64,000 nucleotides of DNA from a virus. Its lineage: Duplodnaviria; Heunggongvirae; Uroviricota; Caudoviricetes. Location of the stretch: the IMG/VR virus record IMGVR_UViG_3300028840_008157; one strand, given 5' to 3'. The notes under the pieces are model-generated. The model searched no databases. It saw only the letters and a program-made list of their open reading frames with translations, and was not told the origin of the DNA. Shown piece by piece: positions 17,360-27,818 of the stretch. The position numbers and the translations under genes were made by a program. How positions within the stretch are numbered: the first letter of the stretch is position 1; each line of letters opens with the position of its first letter.

Positions 17360-19561
17360 ATGTTCAACTTGGCGCGGCGACGCGGCATCAAGCCAGGGGA
17401 GACCGAGAAGGAGAAGCTCCTCAAGGTCGTCCACAAGGAGAAGCTCAAGAACAGGAAGGCCAGCGTCGAGGACGATGCCGGGAACATCGCCCTGCTATGC
17501 GCCCAGACGGACCAGGATCCCGCCTCCATCATGGATGACGAGTACTGGACGTGGGTCAAGGAACACGACAAGGGATACTACAGGGACGTCGTCAAGAAGG
17601 CCAAGGTCATCGCCAGGCAAATGGAGCACGAGGCGGAAAACCCGTCGCCGAAGGCCAAGTACGTCCCGCCGGCACCCATCCCCAAGCAGAAGCCTGGCGG
17701 GGAGGGCGGCATGCCGGCGATGGCCTCGAGGCCCGTCATGTTCCTCAAGCGCAACGACGGACGCTATCGGCTGATGGGCACCTTGGCTGGAGACCTGCTG
17801 TCAGGCAAGCTTCCGCTCCTCGACGACGAGGGGAACGCCTTCTTCATGAAGGTCAAGGACGACGCCTCCGTGGACCGTTTCGGGCCGTCCGCCATAGAGG
17901 CGCTCAAGATACAGGAATCCCTCCCTGACGCCATGCGCTCGGCGGCCGTTCGATACCTTTCGTCCCTCGATCTCGCCGACGCCAGGCCGCTCGCCAGGTC
18001 GATCGTTACGCGTTACCTGAGGAAGAAGAAACTCGACATGCTCCCGTTATCCGTCGAGCTGAAAGGGGAGAGGTTCGCCTTCCTTTTGAGGCTCGGTCTC
18101 GAGCCGGAACCCGACGAGTGCCAGGCGCTCCGCGAGGAGATGGGAAGGGCGATCACGCCCGTCGTCTCCAGGCTCCGCGACGCGATGCTGATGGACGGCG
18201 TCGAGATCGAGGAGGTTCCGGCCCCGATGCCGTTGTTCACCCCGCAGGGAAAGAAGGCTTCGCAGGGCATGGAATTGCCGTTCGGCGACGCGTCGTCGTC
18301 TCCGTCGTCGCTCTCGGCCGATGACGTGGATGACTCGATCGACGTCCCGTCCCTGGTGATGACCATCTCGTCCCCGGACACGGACGACGAGACCCGCGAG
18401 TCCGCCACGAGAAGGCTCGTGGAGATCATTTGCAGGCTTCCCGCGATATACGAGAGGTACGAGTTATCCGAGGCCGACTTGAAGTCCATCGCCTCCGCTT
18501 GCGGGGCCAGCCCCGCCGTCGAGCGGCTCTCGTCGTTCGTCAGGCTCTTCCGGGCCGACGACGCCGAGCTCATGTCGTCCTACTCGGAATCCGAGGAGGA
18601 CCGCAGCCTCATCGCGTCCCTCGTCGGCAACCAGGGGCGCCGCAACATCATCGACGCCGTCCCGGAGATGTCGCGTCAGGGCGACGCGTTCGTCCCCGAG
18701 TTCCTGGAGGCCATCGACCCCGAGAAGGGGGCGTCGTTCATCGAGTCGCTCGTGATGCCCGGTGACGGCATGTTCGAATGCCCGGAGAAGATCATCTCCA
18801 GGAAGATCATCGAGTCCATCTGGAAGAACCCGCTGGGGACCATCGTCCCGAAGGCGCTGGACTCGTTCCCCATGGCCAGGGACTTCGCCATCCTGACTAT
18901 CTTCGTGGAGGACGGCGTTGGCGAGGCCATCAAGGCGATGGAGAAGATTCCGGGTTTTCAGGACGACAAGTCTTGGCACGGGACGCTCCTCGCGTCGGCG
19001 TGCGCCAAGACCGGCGACGAGAAGGCCATGAAGCTAGCCTACTTTATCACGGGGGCGACGCCATCCGACGTCATGGAGTTCGCGGGACGCAGGGCCGCCG
19101 CTTGGTACATGAGGGCGAACAGGATCGGCCCCGACGGGGATCCGATCCCGGAGGCGTCCGAGATTCTGTCTGCCCCGGAGGACCCGCTCCCGCTCGCCAA
19201 GTCGCTCAACGCCATGGGCGATCACCAGGCCATGCTGATCCTCCTCAGGGCGTGCGCCAGGAGGGCCAGGCGCGGGTTCGCCAAGGACATGTGGTACGCG
19301 GTCTCGTTCATGGCCGACGCTCTTCGGGCGTCCGGGCAAGGGGACGCGGCGGACAAGATACTTTCCACCATCGGGGTCAGGATAGACGACGACTCCGGGA
19401 CCATAAAGCGAGTCCCCAGGACGAGAAAGGTCGCGACGCGTTCCGGCGCCACGCTCGTCGGCAAGGACGGCGTTTACGTCCGAGACGGAGTGGCCTACGC
19501 GTGTGACGCGGAGACGGCCGCCTCCTTGGAGGACTTCGGCGTCGGCGAGGAGAAGATGTAG
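17360..19561 (+). CDS. large hypothetical protein, probably virion-associated
   Basis: Starts MFNLARRR after GGAGG; C-terminal ADALRASGQGDAADKIL motif. Confidence 0.8.
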   Translation: MFNLARRRGIKPGETEKEKLLKVVHKEKLKNRKASVEDDAGNIALLCAQTDQDPASIMDDEYWTWVKEHDKGYYRDVVKKAKVIARQMEHEAENPSPKAKYVPPAPIPKQKPGGEGGMPAMASRPVMFLKRNDGRYRLMGTLAGDLLSGKLPLLDDEGNAFFMKVKDDASVDRFGPSAIEALKIQESLPDAMRSAAVRYLSSLDLADARPLARSIVTRYLRKKKLDMLPLSVELKGERFAFLLRLGLEPEPDECQALREEMGRAITPVVSRLRDAMLMDGVEIEEVPAPMPLFTPQGKKASQGMELPFGDASSSPSSLSADDVDDSIDVPSLVMTISSPDTDDETRESATRRLVEIICRLPAIYERYELSEADLKSIASACGASPAVERLSSFVRLFRADDAELMSSYSESEEDRSLIASLVGNQGRRNIIDAVPEMSRQGDAFVPEFLEAIDPEKGASFIESLVMPGDGMFECPEKIISRKIIESIWKNPLGTIVPKALDSFPMARDFAILTIFVEDGVGEAIKAMEKIPGFQDDKSWHGTLLASACAKTGDEKAMKLAYFITGATPSDVMEFAGRRAAAWYMRANRIGPDGDPIPEASEILSAPEDPLPLAKSLNAMGDHQAMLILLRACARRARRGFAKDMWYAVSFMADALRASGQGDAADKILSTIGVRIDDDSGTIKRVPRTRKVATRSGATLVGKDGVYVRDGVAYACDAETAASLEDFGVGEEKM

Positions 19562-19633
19562 AAGGAGAATGGCATAAAGACACCCTGGCCGGAGAGGAAA
19601 CGAGACGCTGAGGGCAGGGAGTAAGGGGGCATC

Positions 19634-20881
19634 ATGTTCTTGTACAAGCACATGGACGGTCGCGTAGGGATCGGACCTGGTTCCTGGTTCGCCATCAAGG
19701 ACGCGCTCGGCAAGGACGAGGCCGGCGACCTGGTGGAGCGCTCCGAGGACAATATCCCGTGGAGATACGAGATCATCAGGATGGACGAGCCCGGCCTGGA
19801 GGCCATGACCTCCGTCAGGCAGTTGCCGTTAATCGTCGAGGGAGAAGAAATGGGAACGTTTCACGAGGTTACCCCGGAGGCTTCGGCCGCCTCCGTCAAG
19901 AGGACGATCATCGCGGCCGACGAGCACGTCGACAGCAGGCTGGAGGAAGACCGCTCCGAGCTTGGCGAGGAGCCGCCGGCCACCACGCTCGAGGACGCCG
20001 TCGCGGATGATCGGAAGGACAACGACGCGCAGGTCCATCAGCCGATCGAGAAGAACCTGCGCGACCAGAAGATGGACAGCCCCAACGCGGGCGCTCAAGG
20101 CATCATGGAGGCGCGCCTGAACCAGGCGAAGACGACTCCTTATCCGCACAGGAACGAGGAGGCTTGGGCTCGGACCGGCGACAAGCGCCAGATCAACGCG
20201 CTCCCCGAGGAACTCGGAAAGTCCAGCGAGGACGAGAAGCGCGAGCGATGGAACGTCGCCAACAAGAGCGGCCCGAAACGCATACTCGACGAGGACGTCG
20301 GGAAGCAGCTCTCGCTCCCCAAGACGACCATCGAGCAGAAGGTCGCGTTCAACCTGAAGGAAAAGCGACTCGCGTCCATCAAGCCTTACGAGCCGTACCT
20401 CGAGTACAGGGCGAGCAAGCGTGGCGGCTGGTCCGACAGGTTTGCCTCCATCCGCGAGATCGACGACGAGCTTCGAGAGATCATGTCCAAGAACGCCGTC
20501 TTGTCTGACGAGCAACGGGAGAAGATCGACGAGCTCAAGGAGAAAAAGGCCGAACTGGCCTGCCCTGGCGCCAAGATTCGCTCCCGTGGCAAGGGCCGTG
20601 GCAAGGGCCGTGGCAAGGGGAAGGGCCCCATAGGGGTTCCACTCGGCGAGAAGGTTCGCGAGCGACGGCACCTCTCTAGGAGCGCCATGGTCGGCGAGAA
20701 GAAGATGGACCATGCCGAGTACCAGAGGAAGCTCAAAGCCAAGTCCGACGAGGAACTCAAGTTCATCATCAAGGACGCGCGGGAAGCCATCGAGGCCAAC
20801 CCCGACAACCCGAACAACGGATACTACCAGGACGAGATAAGCTACGCGGGCATGGAACTCAGGCGCAGGGGAAAGGCTTGA
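19634..20881 (+). CDS. hypothetical protein with RGKG repeats and a fused small conserved phage domain
   Basis: (cgtggcaagggc)x3 near 20585-20620; C-terminal KDAREAIEANP..GYYQDEISY.GMELRRR. Confidence 0.8.
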   Translation: MFLYKHMDGRVGIGPGSWFAIKDALGKDEAGDLVERSEDNIPWRYEIIRMDEPGLEAMTSVRQLPLIVEGEEMGTFHEVTPEASAASVKRTIIAADEHVDSRLEEDRSELGEEPPATTLEDAVADDRKDNDAQVHQPIEKNLRDQKMDSPNAGAQGIMEARLNQAKTTPYPHRNEEAWARTGDKRQINALPEELGKSSEDEKRERWNVANKSGPKRILDEDVGKQLSLPKTTIEQKVAFNLKEKRLASIKPYEPYLEYRASKRGGWSDRFASIREIDDELREIMSKNAVLSDEQREKIDELKEKKAELACPGAKIRSRGKGRGKGRGKGKGPIGVPLGEKVRERRHLSRSAMVGEKKMDHAEYQRKLKAKSDEELKFIIKDAREAIEANPDNPNNGYYQDEISYAGMELRRRGKA

Positions 20882-21349
20882 ATGTTCAACCTCCGGCGCA
20901 TACGGGAGGCCGTCCACGGACGAGGCGACCTGTGGGTCGAGGTGGGGCCGTCCACGGCCCCATCCTCGTTCTCGTCACCGACGCCCATGAACTGGTCGCC
21001 GAACTACGGCGGCCGCTGGCGAACCAACATGCCCGGCTCGGGGGATCACCACATCAACGACGACTCGGACAAGCCGAAGAGCACGCGCGGGAAGCCGGAG
21101 GACTTCGACCCGGAGAACAAGAACAACCTGATCAATGACAAGTTGGAGGCCGGCCTGGAGAGGTGCGTCGTGACGTACTTCGCGAGGGACGGCGAGGATC
21201 CCGAGAGACAGGTCGAGCGGCTGGAGAAAGGGGGACTCAAGCCGAGGATCGAGGGGAACCAGATCGTCGTGGAGGTCGAGGGACTGCCCGCGGCGACGAG
21301 AGTGCAAGCGCTCCTTCCAGGAGCGGTGATAACGATCAAGACGAAGTGA
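20882..21349 (+). CDS. hypothetical protein
   Basis: MFNLRRIREA N-terminus; abuts the upstream stop. Confidence 0.75.
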   Translation: MFNLRRIREAVHGRGDLWVEVGPSTAPSSFSSPTPMNWSPNYGGRWRTNMPGSGDHHINDDSDKPKSTRGKPEDFDPENKNNLINDKLEAGLERCVVTYFARDGEDPERQVERLEKGGLKPRIEGNQIVVEVEGLPAATRVQALLPGAVITIKTK

Positions 21350-21362
21350 AAGGAGACTTGAG

Positions 21363-22214
21363 ATGATCGTTAAGAGCCTGATCGAGGATGACAGCAAGCT
21401 GACGTTGGATTGCGCGAAGGCGACCTTACACAAGGACAGCAAGGTCGAGATCGAGGACGTGTTCTATTGGAACCCGGAAGTCCAGGGCGCGATGAAGCTC
21501 GGCATGATCGAGGTCGTCGGGAAACCGCCCCCGAAGCCCAAGGATACCGACGACACCCCCGAGGAGAAGAAGATCAAGTACAGGAACGTCCACGACTCGA
21601 AGATATGCTTCGAGTGCATCAAGGACTACGCCGACCCGGGGCAGTTCATACACATCCCCGAGTCCAAGATATCCACCGAGCGCGAGATACAGAACGCGAT
21701 CGCGTGGGGCATGATCGAGCGGGCCGACGGGAAAAATACCCCCCAAGCCCCGAAGGCATCTAGGCAAGCCGTCAAGATCGACGAGTTCGACGCAGACGAT
21801 GCCAAGGACGAACTCGCCGGGCTCGTCAAGGAGCCCCTCCCGGAGGTCGAGTTGTCAGAGGCGGACAAGAAGATAGCCAAGTCGAGGTCCAAGAAGACCA
21901 AGGCCAAGAAGAAGGCGAAGTCCAAGGCCAAGAAGGACGCCAAGAAGTCCGACTTCAAGCCCAAGGCGATATCGTCTTCCGGCGTCGAGGATGGCGGCGA
22001 CGACCTCTATTCGGAGACGAAGGTCGTCGACCCGTCGGCCGAGCCGAAGAAGAAGGACGAGCCGCTCCCCGTCGATGCGGTCGAGGAGGATCCCGTCACT
22101 GGTATGCCCAGGAAATCCAAGAGCTTCGGGTTCATGGACGTCTTCGAGGGCGCGCAGATCGGGAAGAAGAAGGCGACGACCAAGGAATCGTCCGAGGACT
22201 CGGAGGGCTTCTAG
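21363..22214 (+). CDS. hypothetical Lys/Glu-rich protein
   Basis: 283 aa, AAGGAG RBS. Confidence 0.8.
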   Translation: MIVKSLIEDDSKLTLDCAKATLHKDSKVEIEDVFYWNPEVQGAMKLGMIEVVGKPPPKPKDTDDTPEEKKIKYRNVHDSKICFECIKDYADPGQFIHIPESKISTEREIQNAIAWGMIERADGKNTPQAPKASRQAVKIDEFDADDAKDELAGLVKEPLPEVELSEADKKIAKSRSKKTKAKKKAKSKAKKDAKKSDFKPKAISSSGVEDGGDDLYSETKVVDPSAEPKKKDEPLPVDAVEEDPVTGMPRKSKSFGFMDVFEGAQIGKKKATTKESSEDSEGF

Positions 22215-22882
22215 TGCATCTCAGACGTGCCGACCTTAACGGATGGCGTTACGCGACCAGGACGGCCGCTAGGGAATTCGTGCTCCCGCGAGCGAGGGAC
22301 GACGGGTCCCTCGGACTGGTCGGAGGAGAGGCACTACGCCTCGGCGCCGAGGGCCCATGTCGGGCGCGAAATGAATACGCCGACTTGGCGCTCCTCGACG
22401 CCGAAGGCGAAGGCATGCCGCTCGCCAGGATGGACTTCGCCGAAGGGGACATCCTCTGCGCGTACTTCCCCGCCAGCGGCCTTGTCATCCCGGGCAGGGC
22501 CGGGCGAACGACGCGCGGTTACGAGATGGAACCCGCGACGCGATGTCCTGGCGGCGAAAGGGCGTTCATCCTGACGGAACCCATGAACGCCCTCGTCACG
22601 GCGAGCTTGCCATCGTCGGGGGACAGGATACCGATCCTGCCGCGCCTCGGACTGACCTCGTGGCTCATGGCCTGCGGGTCGAGGGCGGCCGAGGACGCGA
22701 GGGAGTACGACGTCGATCACGGAGGCGAATTCTTCGTCATCCGTCGCCGCGGCGGCAGCCCCATCCTGAGGGGACGCTTCAAGGGCGGAGACAACGAGCA
22801 CGAGGACGTCTCCTGGAGGATCGCCACGTTGGGACTCGGGGGATTGATCGGCGACTACGATCTCGAACGGGAGGAAGAATGA
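22214..22882 (+). CDS. hypothetical protein
   Basis: 222 aa, GTG overlapping the upstream stop. Confidence 0.6.
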   Translation: MHLRRADLNGWRYATRTAAREFVLPRARDDGSLGLVGGEALRLGAEGPCRARNEYADLALLDAEGEGMPLARMDFAEGDILCAYFPASGLVIPGRAGRTTRGYEMEPATRCPGGERAFILTEPMNALVTASLPSSGDRIPILPRLGLTSWLMACGSRAAEDAREYDVDHGGEFFVIRRRGGSPILRGRFKGGDNEHEDVSWRIATLGLGGLIGDYDLEREEE

Positions 22883-23076
22883 GGCTATTCGTCAATCGAC
22901 CCGTCCGATGGAACGACGGTTCCCGTGACAGGACGGGGAAGGTCAAGCAGATACTCGGTGACCACGTCGTCATCAAGGCCGACTCCGGGGAGGAATACAT
23001 CGTCGCTCGGTCGTCCGTTGGAAAGCCGACGACGACCAGGAAAGCGATGACCATCATCGCGCCGGAAAGGAAATGA
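22879..23076 (+). CDS. small beta-barrel (SH3/Tudor-like) protein
   Basis: GGAGG RBS; VRWN.G...TGKVKQI.GDHVVIKAD.G.EY.V. Confidence 0.6.
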   Translation: MRLFVNRPVRWNDGSRDRTGKVKQILGDHVVIKADSGEEYIVARSSVGKPTTTRKAMTIIAPERK

Positions 23077-23079
23077 CGC

Positions 23080-24756
23080 ATGCCTCGCGAGAGCATGACC
23101 GTACTCGTCATCTCTTCCTCAGACGAATCCCGAGAGGCCGCCTACGTCGTCGTCAGCGGCCTGAAGGACAACGGTCATGACGGTCTCATCTGCTGCTCCC
23201 CTGAAGCCGAGACCAGGATCAAGCCCGACCTGAGGCTTGACGAGGAGACGAGCCTCGGCGGCGTCAGCGGCGTCGTCGTCCTTGACGACGGCGGAGACGC
23301 AGAAGCCTGCGCGAAGATCGTCTCGAGGGCCAACAAGGACGACCTCGTCGTGGGCGGCATCGGCCCAGGGTGCCTGATCATGGCGTCCTGCGGCATCCTG
23401 AAGGATCATTACGTTTGCGACGGCCTGCCCGAGGAGGCTTACAAGGGGAAGGGCGTCGAGAAGGTTGAATCCCCTTCCGTCCGCAGCGACACCGTCCTGA
23501 CCTGCTCCGACGTGAGGATGGCCGACGGGTTCCTGTCGCTCGTCATCGACGCGCTCGGAGGAAAGGCCAGGCGCGTGGTCACAGGTGACGACGCTCCGGT
23601 CACGGAGGCGAGCCTCCTCATCGTCGACGACACCTCGGCGTGGCCGGACTACTGGGGCGTCGCGAGGGAACTGGACAAGAAGGGGTGCCGGACGTTCATC
23701 GGGCGCTGGGAGGACGTCGACGTCGCTTCCGGGAGGGCCGGTTGCCTGTCGATGGGCCCAGACGGCGTCAAGACATGCATGACGGTCGGCATCCCCAAGA
23801 CGATATGGTTCAGGCAGCAGATGCCATTGCGCGACGCGGCCTGCGCCGTGTCCGAGCTGGAGTCGCTGGGATGCCGGAACGTCAACTCCTCGGAGTCCAT
23901 CAGGCTCGCCTCGGAGCCCCTTGACGAGCTGCTTGGCGGCGTCGTCGAGGTCGGGAAGCCCGACGAGCAGGGGTTCAAGGTGATCGCCAATCGTGGCGAA
24001 GACGGGTGGAAGGCCGAGGCGCTGGGTGACGTCCGCGAGGCCGTCGAGTCGGCATGCACCGCTTTCCAGTCATCCCTTGACGACCATGACGGCGCGAACA
24101 GCGTCAGCGTCCGGGTGACCCTCCGCGATGACCGCCCCACGATCAACGGCATCGACCCCCTGGATTCGGACATGGCCATCGACGCCCGCGGCGACGACCC
24201 CGTCACGCTCAGGGCCATCGTCGAGAGGGAGATGGCCCACGAGGGGATGTGGCTCCAGCCTGACGGCAGGCTGGCCATACTGGAGGACGGCCACTTCAAG
24301 AGGCTCCCCCCCGAGGAGGCTTTGCTCGACCTCAGGAAGAAGGTCCTGTCCGCCATCAGGAGGGAGATCGAGGAATCCCATCGGGGAAAGGAGGACGTCG
24401 CCATGAAGCGCGCGCGCAGGCTCTCGCGTCGCGCCAGGCACAGGTTCTTCCTCGCCTTCGAGCTGCTGGGCGCCAACGTGACGACGGCGTACGGCCTGTA
24501 CCCGTCCGGAGTCGCCGGACCGTGGGCTCACCTGGACATCCCGATGTTCGAGAGGGTCTTCCAGTGGCAGGAGGGCGACGACTGGCTGAAGGATCGGGAG
24601 AAGGCGATCAGCAAGTTGCCCAGGTACAACCCACAGTACGACTTGCACGGGTTCTACTTCAAGTGGATAGAGCCTAGGAACCTGGCGTACGCCTGGGAGA
24701 ATCGCTTCAACGAAGGGTCGTACCCGATGCGCAACGTACTCAACCTAAACAGGTAG
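23080..24756 (+). CDS. multidomain protein: degenerate DJ-1/PfpI-like plus RimK/ATP-grasp-like N-terminal segment
   Basis: IKPDL.L, VVGGIGPGCLIMA.CGIL, V.SD.VLT; IWFR...LESLG.R.VNSSESIRLA; ends TAG in frame with the next gene. Confidence 0.6.
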   Translation: MPRESMTVLVISSSDESREAAYVVVSGLKDNGHDGLICCSPEAETRIKPDLRLDEETSLGGVSGVVVLDDGGDAEACAKIVSRANKDDLVVGGIGPGCLIMASCGILKDHYVCDGLPEEAYKGKGVEKVESPSVRSDTVLTCSDVRMADGFLSLVIDALGGKARRVVTGDDAPVTEASLLIVDDTSAWPDYWGVARELDKKGCRTFIGRWEDVDVASGRAGCLSMGPDGVKTCMTVGIPKTIWFRQQMPLRDAACAVSELESLGCRNVNSSESIRLASEPLDELLGGVVEVGKPDEQGFKVIANRGEDGWKAEALGDVREAVESACTAFQSSLDDHDGANSVSVRVTLRDDRPTINGIDPLDSDMAIDARGDDPVTLRAIVEREMAHEGMWLQPDGRLAILEDGHFKRLPPEEALLDLRKKVLSAIRREIEESHRGKEDVAMKRARRLSRRARHRFFLAFELLGANVTTAYGLYPSGVAGPWAHLDIPMFERVFQWQEGDDWLKDREKAISKLPRYNPQYDLHGFYFKWIEPRNLAYAWENRFNEGSYPMRNVLNLNR

Positions 24757-24768
24757 CGGGTCATATAC

Positions 24769-27453
24769 ATGATCATCGTCAAGAAGGCAGCGGAAGAGTT
24801 CAAGCCCTTGCGACCGGTTCGCAGGCCGCAAGTCCCGGCGACGCCAACGCCCTTCGAGGAGGAGGAACCCGGCGTCCCGGAGGAATATACCGGACCGTTA
24901 TTGGCCCCGCGGCCGCAGGCCCTCGTCGAGCCAGAACCAGAGATCCCGGAGCCGGCCGAGCCGGAGCCGGAAATCCCGGAGCCGGCCGAAGAGGAACCGG
25001 AAATCCCGGAGCCGGCCGACGAGGAAGGCGTCATGAGGGACGAGCCCGAGCTGCCCCTCGTCGAGAACAAGCCGAAGGTCATCATCAAGTCCCCGACCAA
25101 GCCGGTTCCCTTGGGGACGCCATCTCAAGAGTGGGGATGGGAGAGGAATGATCCAGGAATCGGACAGTCGATGGACGAGGACGAGGAGGAGGAGGAGGAG
25201 TCCCTGACCGACGAGCCGATCGCGACCCCGACGGAGATCACGTCGGAGATGGACGCGATGGGGCTCCACTTGTCTCAGCTTCTCGGCCCGATGAACGAGA
25301 AGAAGGAAGAGGCGATGAGGGCGGGCGGCGACGAGGCGGTGTACGCCCTCTGGGACGACCCCGAGTTCGAGCAGGCGCAGGAACAGGCGAGGTCCCTCAT
25401 AGACAAGATCGTCAACTCCAAGATGGAATTCCAACAGCGGCCAGGCGAGAAGCCTAGGGAGCCCCAGACCGCCGAGGACTACGTCAGGGACAGGCACAGG
25501 TCGCTAATCTCGCTCAAGCAGTCGAAAGGAGTTCCCTCGGAGCAGTTGCAGGAGATACCAGAGGCCGACGACGCCCTGTACGACATGATCATGGCGTTCG
25601 CCGAGAGCGCCCACGAAAACCCCGGGGCGAAGAACAGCCTGACGGCCTACATCATCGCCAACTGGCGCCGGTTCATGGAACCCCCCAATCCGTTCTATCG
25701 CTTCATGAAGTACATCAAGAACCCGAGGACCACGGTCACAGAAGAGGTTCGCAACGAGGGGGCCGAGCGAGGCTGGTCGTGGCCCAGGCAAGTACTCGAG
25801 CAGTACAAGCACGACGCCTGGGGCGACCCGAGCAAGCCCTATTCCCCAGAGGCTATCGAGGAGCGCGTCAGGAAGGGCGCGGAGTGGTGGGAGAAGATGT
25901 ACGAGCGCATCCAGAAGTCGGGCAAGGTGCTTCCCGACTACATGGAGGAGGCGGACCCCATCAAGATCAACCTCAAGAAGATGCCAGATGGCCGTTTCAA
26001 GGGCGATACCGCCGCCATCCGCATCATGTCCGAGGTCTTCGACTTCACGGCGCAATACCACCCCGACCTGGCGGAGGCGCTCGGTCTGATCACGAGGACT
26101 CCGGCCACGCTGAAGAAATATCGTCAGGACGGCGAGTTCGGCATCGACCCGAACAAGGCATTGAATCCGGACGTCCTAGACTGGTGGAACGAGATGTACG
26201 GCAAGATCTCGTCCCGCGTCGAGGGATTGCCCCCCATGAGCCTTTCCCAAGCCTCATCGCGTCAGGACATCGCCGCGATGAAGAAGGCGTTCGACGACTT
26301 CGTCGGGCGATATCCCAAGGAGGCCATCAACCTTGGGATGGCCGACGCCGACGTCATAATCTCGCATCCCTACAAGAGGAAGGGAAGCAAGTATTACATG
26401 TCCGACGAGATCACGGACCCGATCAGGCGCCAGGTCAGCGAGAAGAAGGTCCAGGAAGCCATCGAGTCAGCAGGAAAGACCAAGTCCATGAACGCGGAGG
26501 ACCAGGAAGGAAGGAAAATCCAGGTATCCGAGGAGGACGTCAAGAAGGAGACCGGCGAGCTCGCCGGCCTCGCCGAGGACAAGAAGATCGTCAACCCGAT
26601 GACCATGTTCCGGAGGAAGTACAAGCCGCAAGCCTACGGACCGGACACGCGGAGAAGTCCCAAGAAGAAGTCACGCGAGGACAAGAACAAGACCACCGAG
26701 GCGGGCATACTCTCCGCCGTCTGGGGGCGGCAGGTCGCCCGTGAATTCATGATGGGGAAGGACCTCGAGCGGAGGGTCAAGGCGACGCTCGATCACCACG
26801 TCTCGGACGACGAGCTGCACAACATCATGCTAGAGCACGACATCTCCCGAGCCTACGGGCCGCTGATCGACCTCTACTTCAAGAGGAAGCCGGAGGCGAT
26901 GAAGATCCTAGGCGAGGCCGGTCGCAAGTGGGAGTCCATCAGGCCTTCGTTCTCGATCGGCGCCACGCCGGAGGCCATCGAGAGGGAGACGAAGCGACGC
27001 CAGGCGGCGCTCTCGATCATCGCCGATCACGTCACGACGCCGAAGAGCGTCGAGAGGGAGATCGCCAAGACCATCGCCGGGATGCCCCTCGAGCGTGGCG
27101 GCTCGGGCGGATTGTACAAGCCGGAGCACATGGTCAACAAGGAGCTCGGCGAAAAGAACGCGCTGGAGAACGTGGCCACGATGAACGCCCTGTTCGAGCG
27201 GCTCCGGTCCAAGTTCCAGGGGCGCGGAGAGTCCAGGGGGCACGCGCTGAAGAAGTTCAACGACGCGGTCCGAGAGGTGGTCGGCAGGATGATAGGCGCC
27301 CTCGCCAACGACGACACGTTCGCCAGGATCGAGCGCGACCTCAGGAGCAAGGGATTCAATCTGAGGGGCGGATCATGGAGGTCCGCGCTCATGTCGCACC
27401 TGCGCATCGTCCGGTTCGCCCTACGAGGGCTCATGATGGAGAAGGTGTCATGA
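24769..27453 (+). CDS. large hypothetical protein with Pro/Glu repeats
   Basis: 894 aa, strong codon bias. Confidence 0.8.
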   Translation: MIIVKKAAEEFKPLRPVRRPQVPATPTPFEEEEPGVPEEYTGPLLAPRPQALVEPEPEIPEPAEPEPEIPEPAEEEPEIPEPADEEGVMRDEPELPLVENKPKVIIKSPTKPVPLGTPSQEWGWERNDPGIGQSMDEDEEEEEESLTDEPIATPTEITSEMDAMGLHLSQLLGPMNEKKEEAMRAGGDEAVYALWDDPEFEQAQEQARSLIDKIVNSKMEFQQRPGEKPREPQTAEDYVRDRHRSLISLKQSKGVPSEQLQEIPEADDALYDMIMAFAESAHENPGAKNSLTAYIIANWRRFMEPPNPFYRFMKYIKNPRTTVTEEVRNEGAERGWSWPRQVLEQYKHDAWGDPSKPYSPEAIEERVRKGAEWWEKMYERIQKSGKVLPDYMEEADPIKINLKKMPDGRFKGDTAAIRIMSEVFDFTAQYHPDLAEALGLITRTPATLKKYRQDGEFGIDPNKALNPDVLDWWNEMYGKISSRVEGLPPMSLSQASSRQDIAAMKKAFDDFVGRYPKEAINLGMADADVIISHPYKRKGSKYYMSDEITDPIRRQVSEKKVQEAIESAGKTKSMNAEDQEGRKIQVSEEDVKKETGELAGLAEDKKIVNPMTMFRRKYKPQAYGPDTRRSPKKKSREDKNKTTEAGILSAVWGRQVAREFMMGKDLERRVKATLDHHVSDDELHNIMLEHDISRAYGPLIDLYFKRKPEAMKILGEAGRKWESIRPSFSIGATPEAIERETKRRQAALSIIADHVTTPKSVEREIAKTIAGMPLERGGSGGLYKPEHMVNKELGEKNALENVATMNALFERLRSKFQGRGESRGHALKKFNDAVREVVGRMIGALANDDTFARIERDLRSKGFNLRGGSWRSALMSHLRIVRFALRGLMMEKVS
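24928..25020 (+). repeat. 30-bp coding tandem repeat x3 (EPEPEIPEPA)
   Basis: EPEPEIPEPA EPEPEIPEPA EEEPEIPEPA. Confidence 0.85.
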
Positions 27454-27818
27454 TCGTCCTGGCCAACGTCGACAGGAGGAACGGGCTCGTCATCGAGTAC
27501 ATGGTCGACGAGTTGTTCGGCGGCGACGCCGCCAGGGGCTTCGTCGCGAGGATGCTCTGCAAGGGGCCCGAACTAACACCCGAGCGGATCGAGAACGTCA
27601 TGGAGGCGTCCAAGCGCAAGTTTCCGAAGAGGTACGAGATAAGCAGGCGCACCTCGTTGGCCCCCTTCGTGCTAGGCGTGAAGCAGGAGATCGAGTCGTT
27701 CCTGTCGGACCCGGAGAACGTGCGACGCATGTCCGAGGAGATCGGGTTGCCCGAGAAGGACGTCGCGGGAGAGGCCGTCAAGGTCGCGGCGGCCGTCAGG
27801 AGGAGACATGCCGATTAA
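27450..27818 (+). CDS. hypothetical protein
   Basis: MIVLANVDRRNG, ATGA overlap; C-terminal part of track ORF 26928..27818. Confidence 0.7.
   Translation: MIVLANVDRRNGLVIEYMVDELFGGDAARGFVARMLCKGPELTPERIENVMEASKRKFPKRYEISRRTSLAPFVLGVKQEIESFLSDPENVRRMSEEIGLPEKDVAGEAVKVAAAVRRRHAD

Noticed and set aside
19559-19634. Amber readthrough fusion of the 17360 and 19634 genes
   Set aside because: They are in frame, but a TAA intervenes 20 codons after the TAG.
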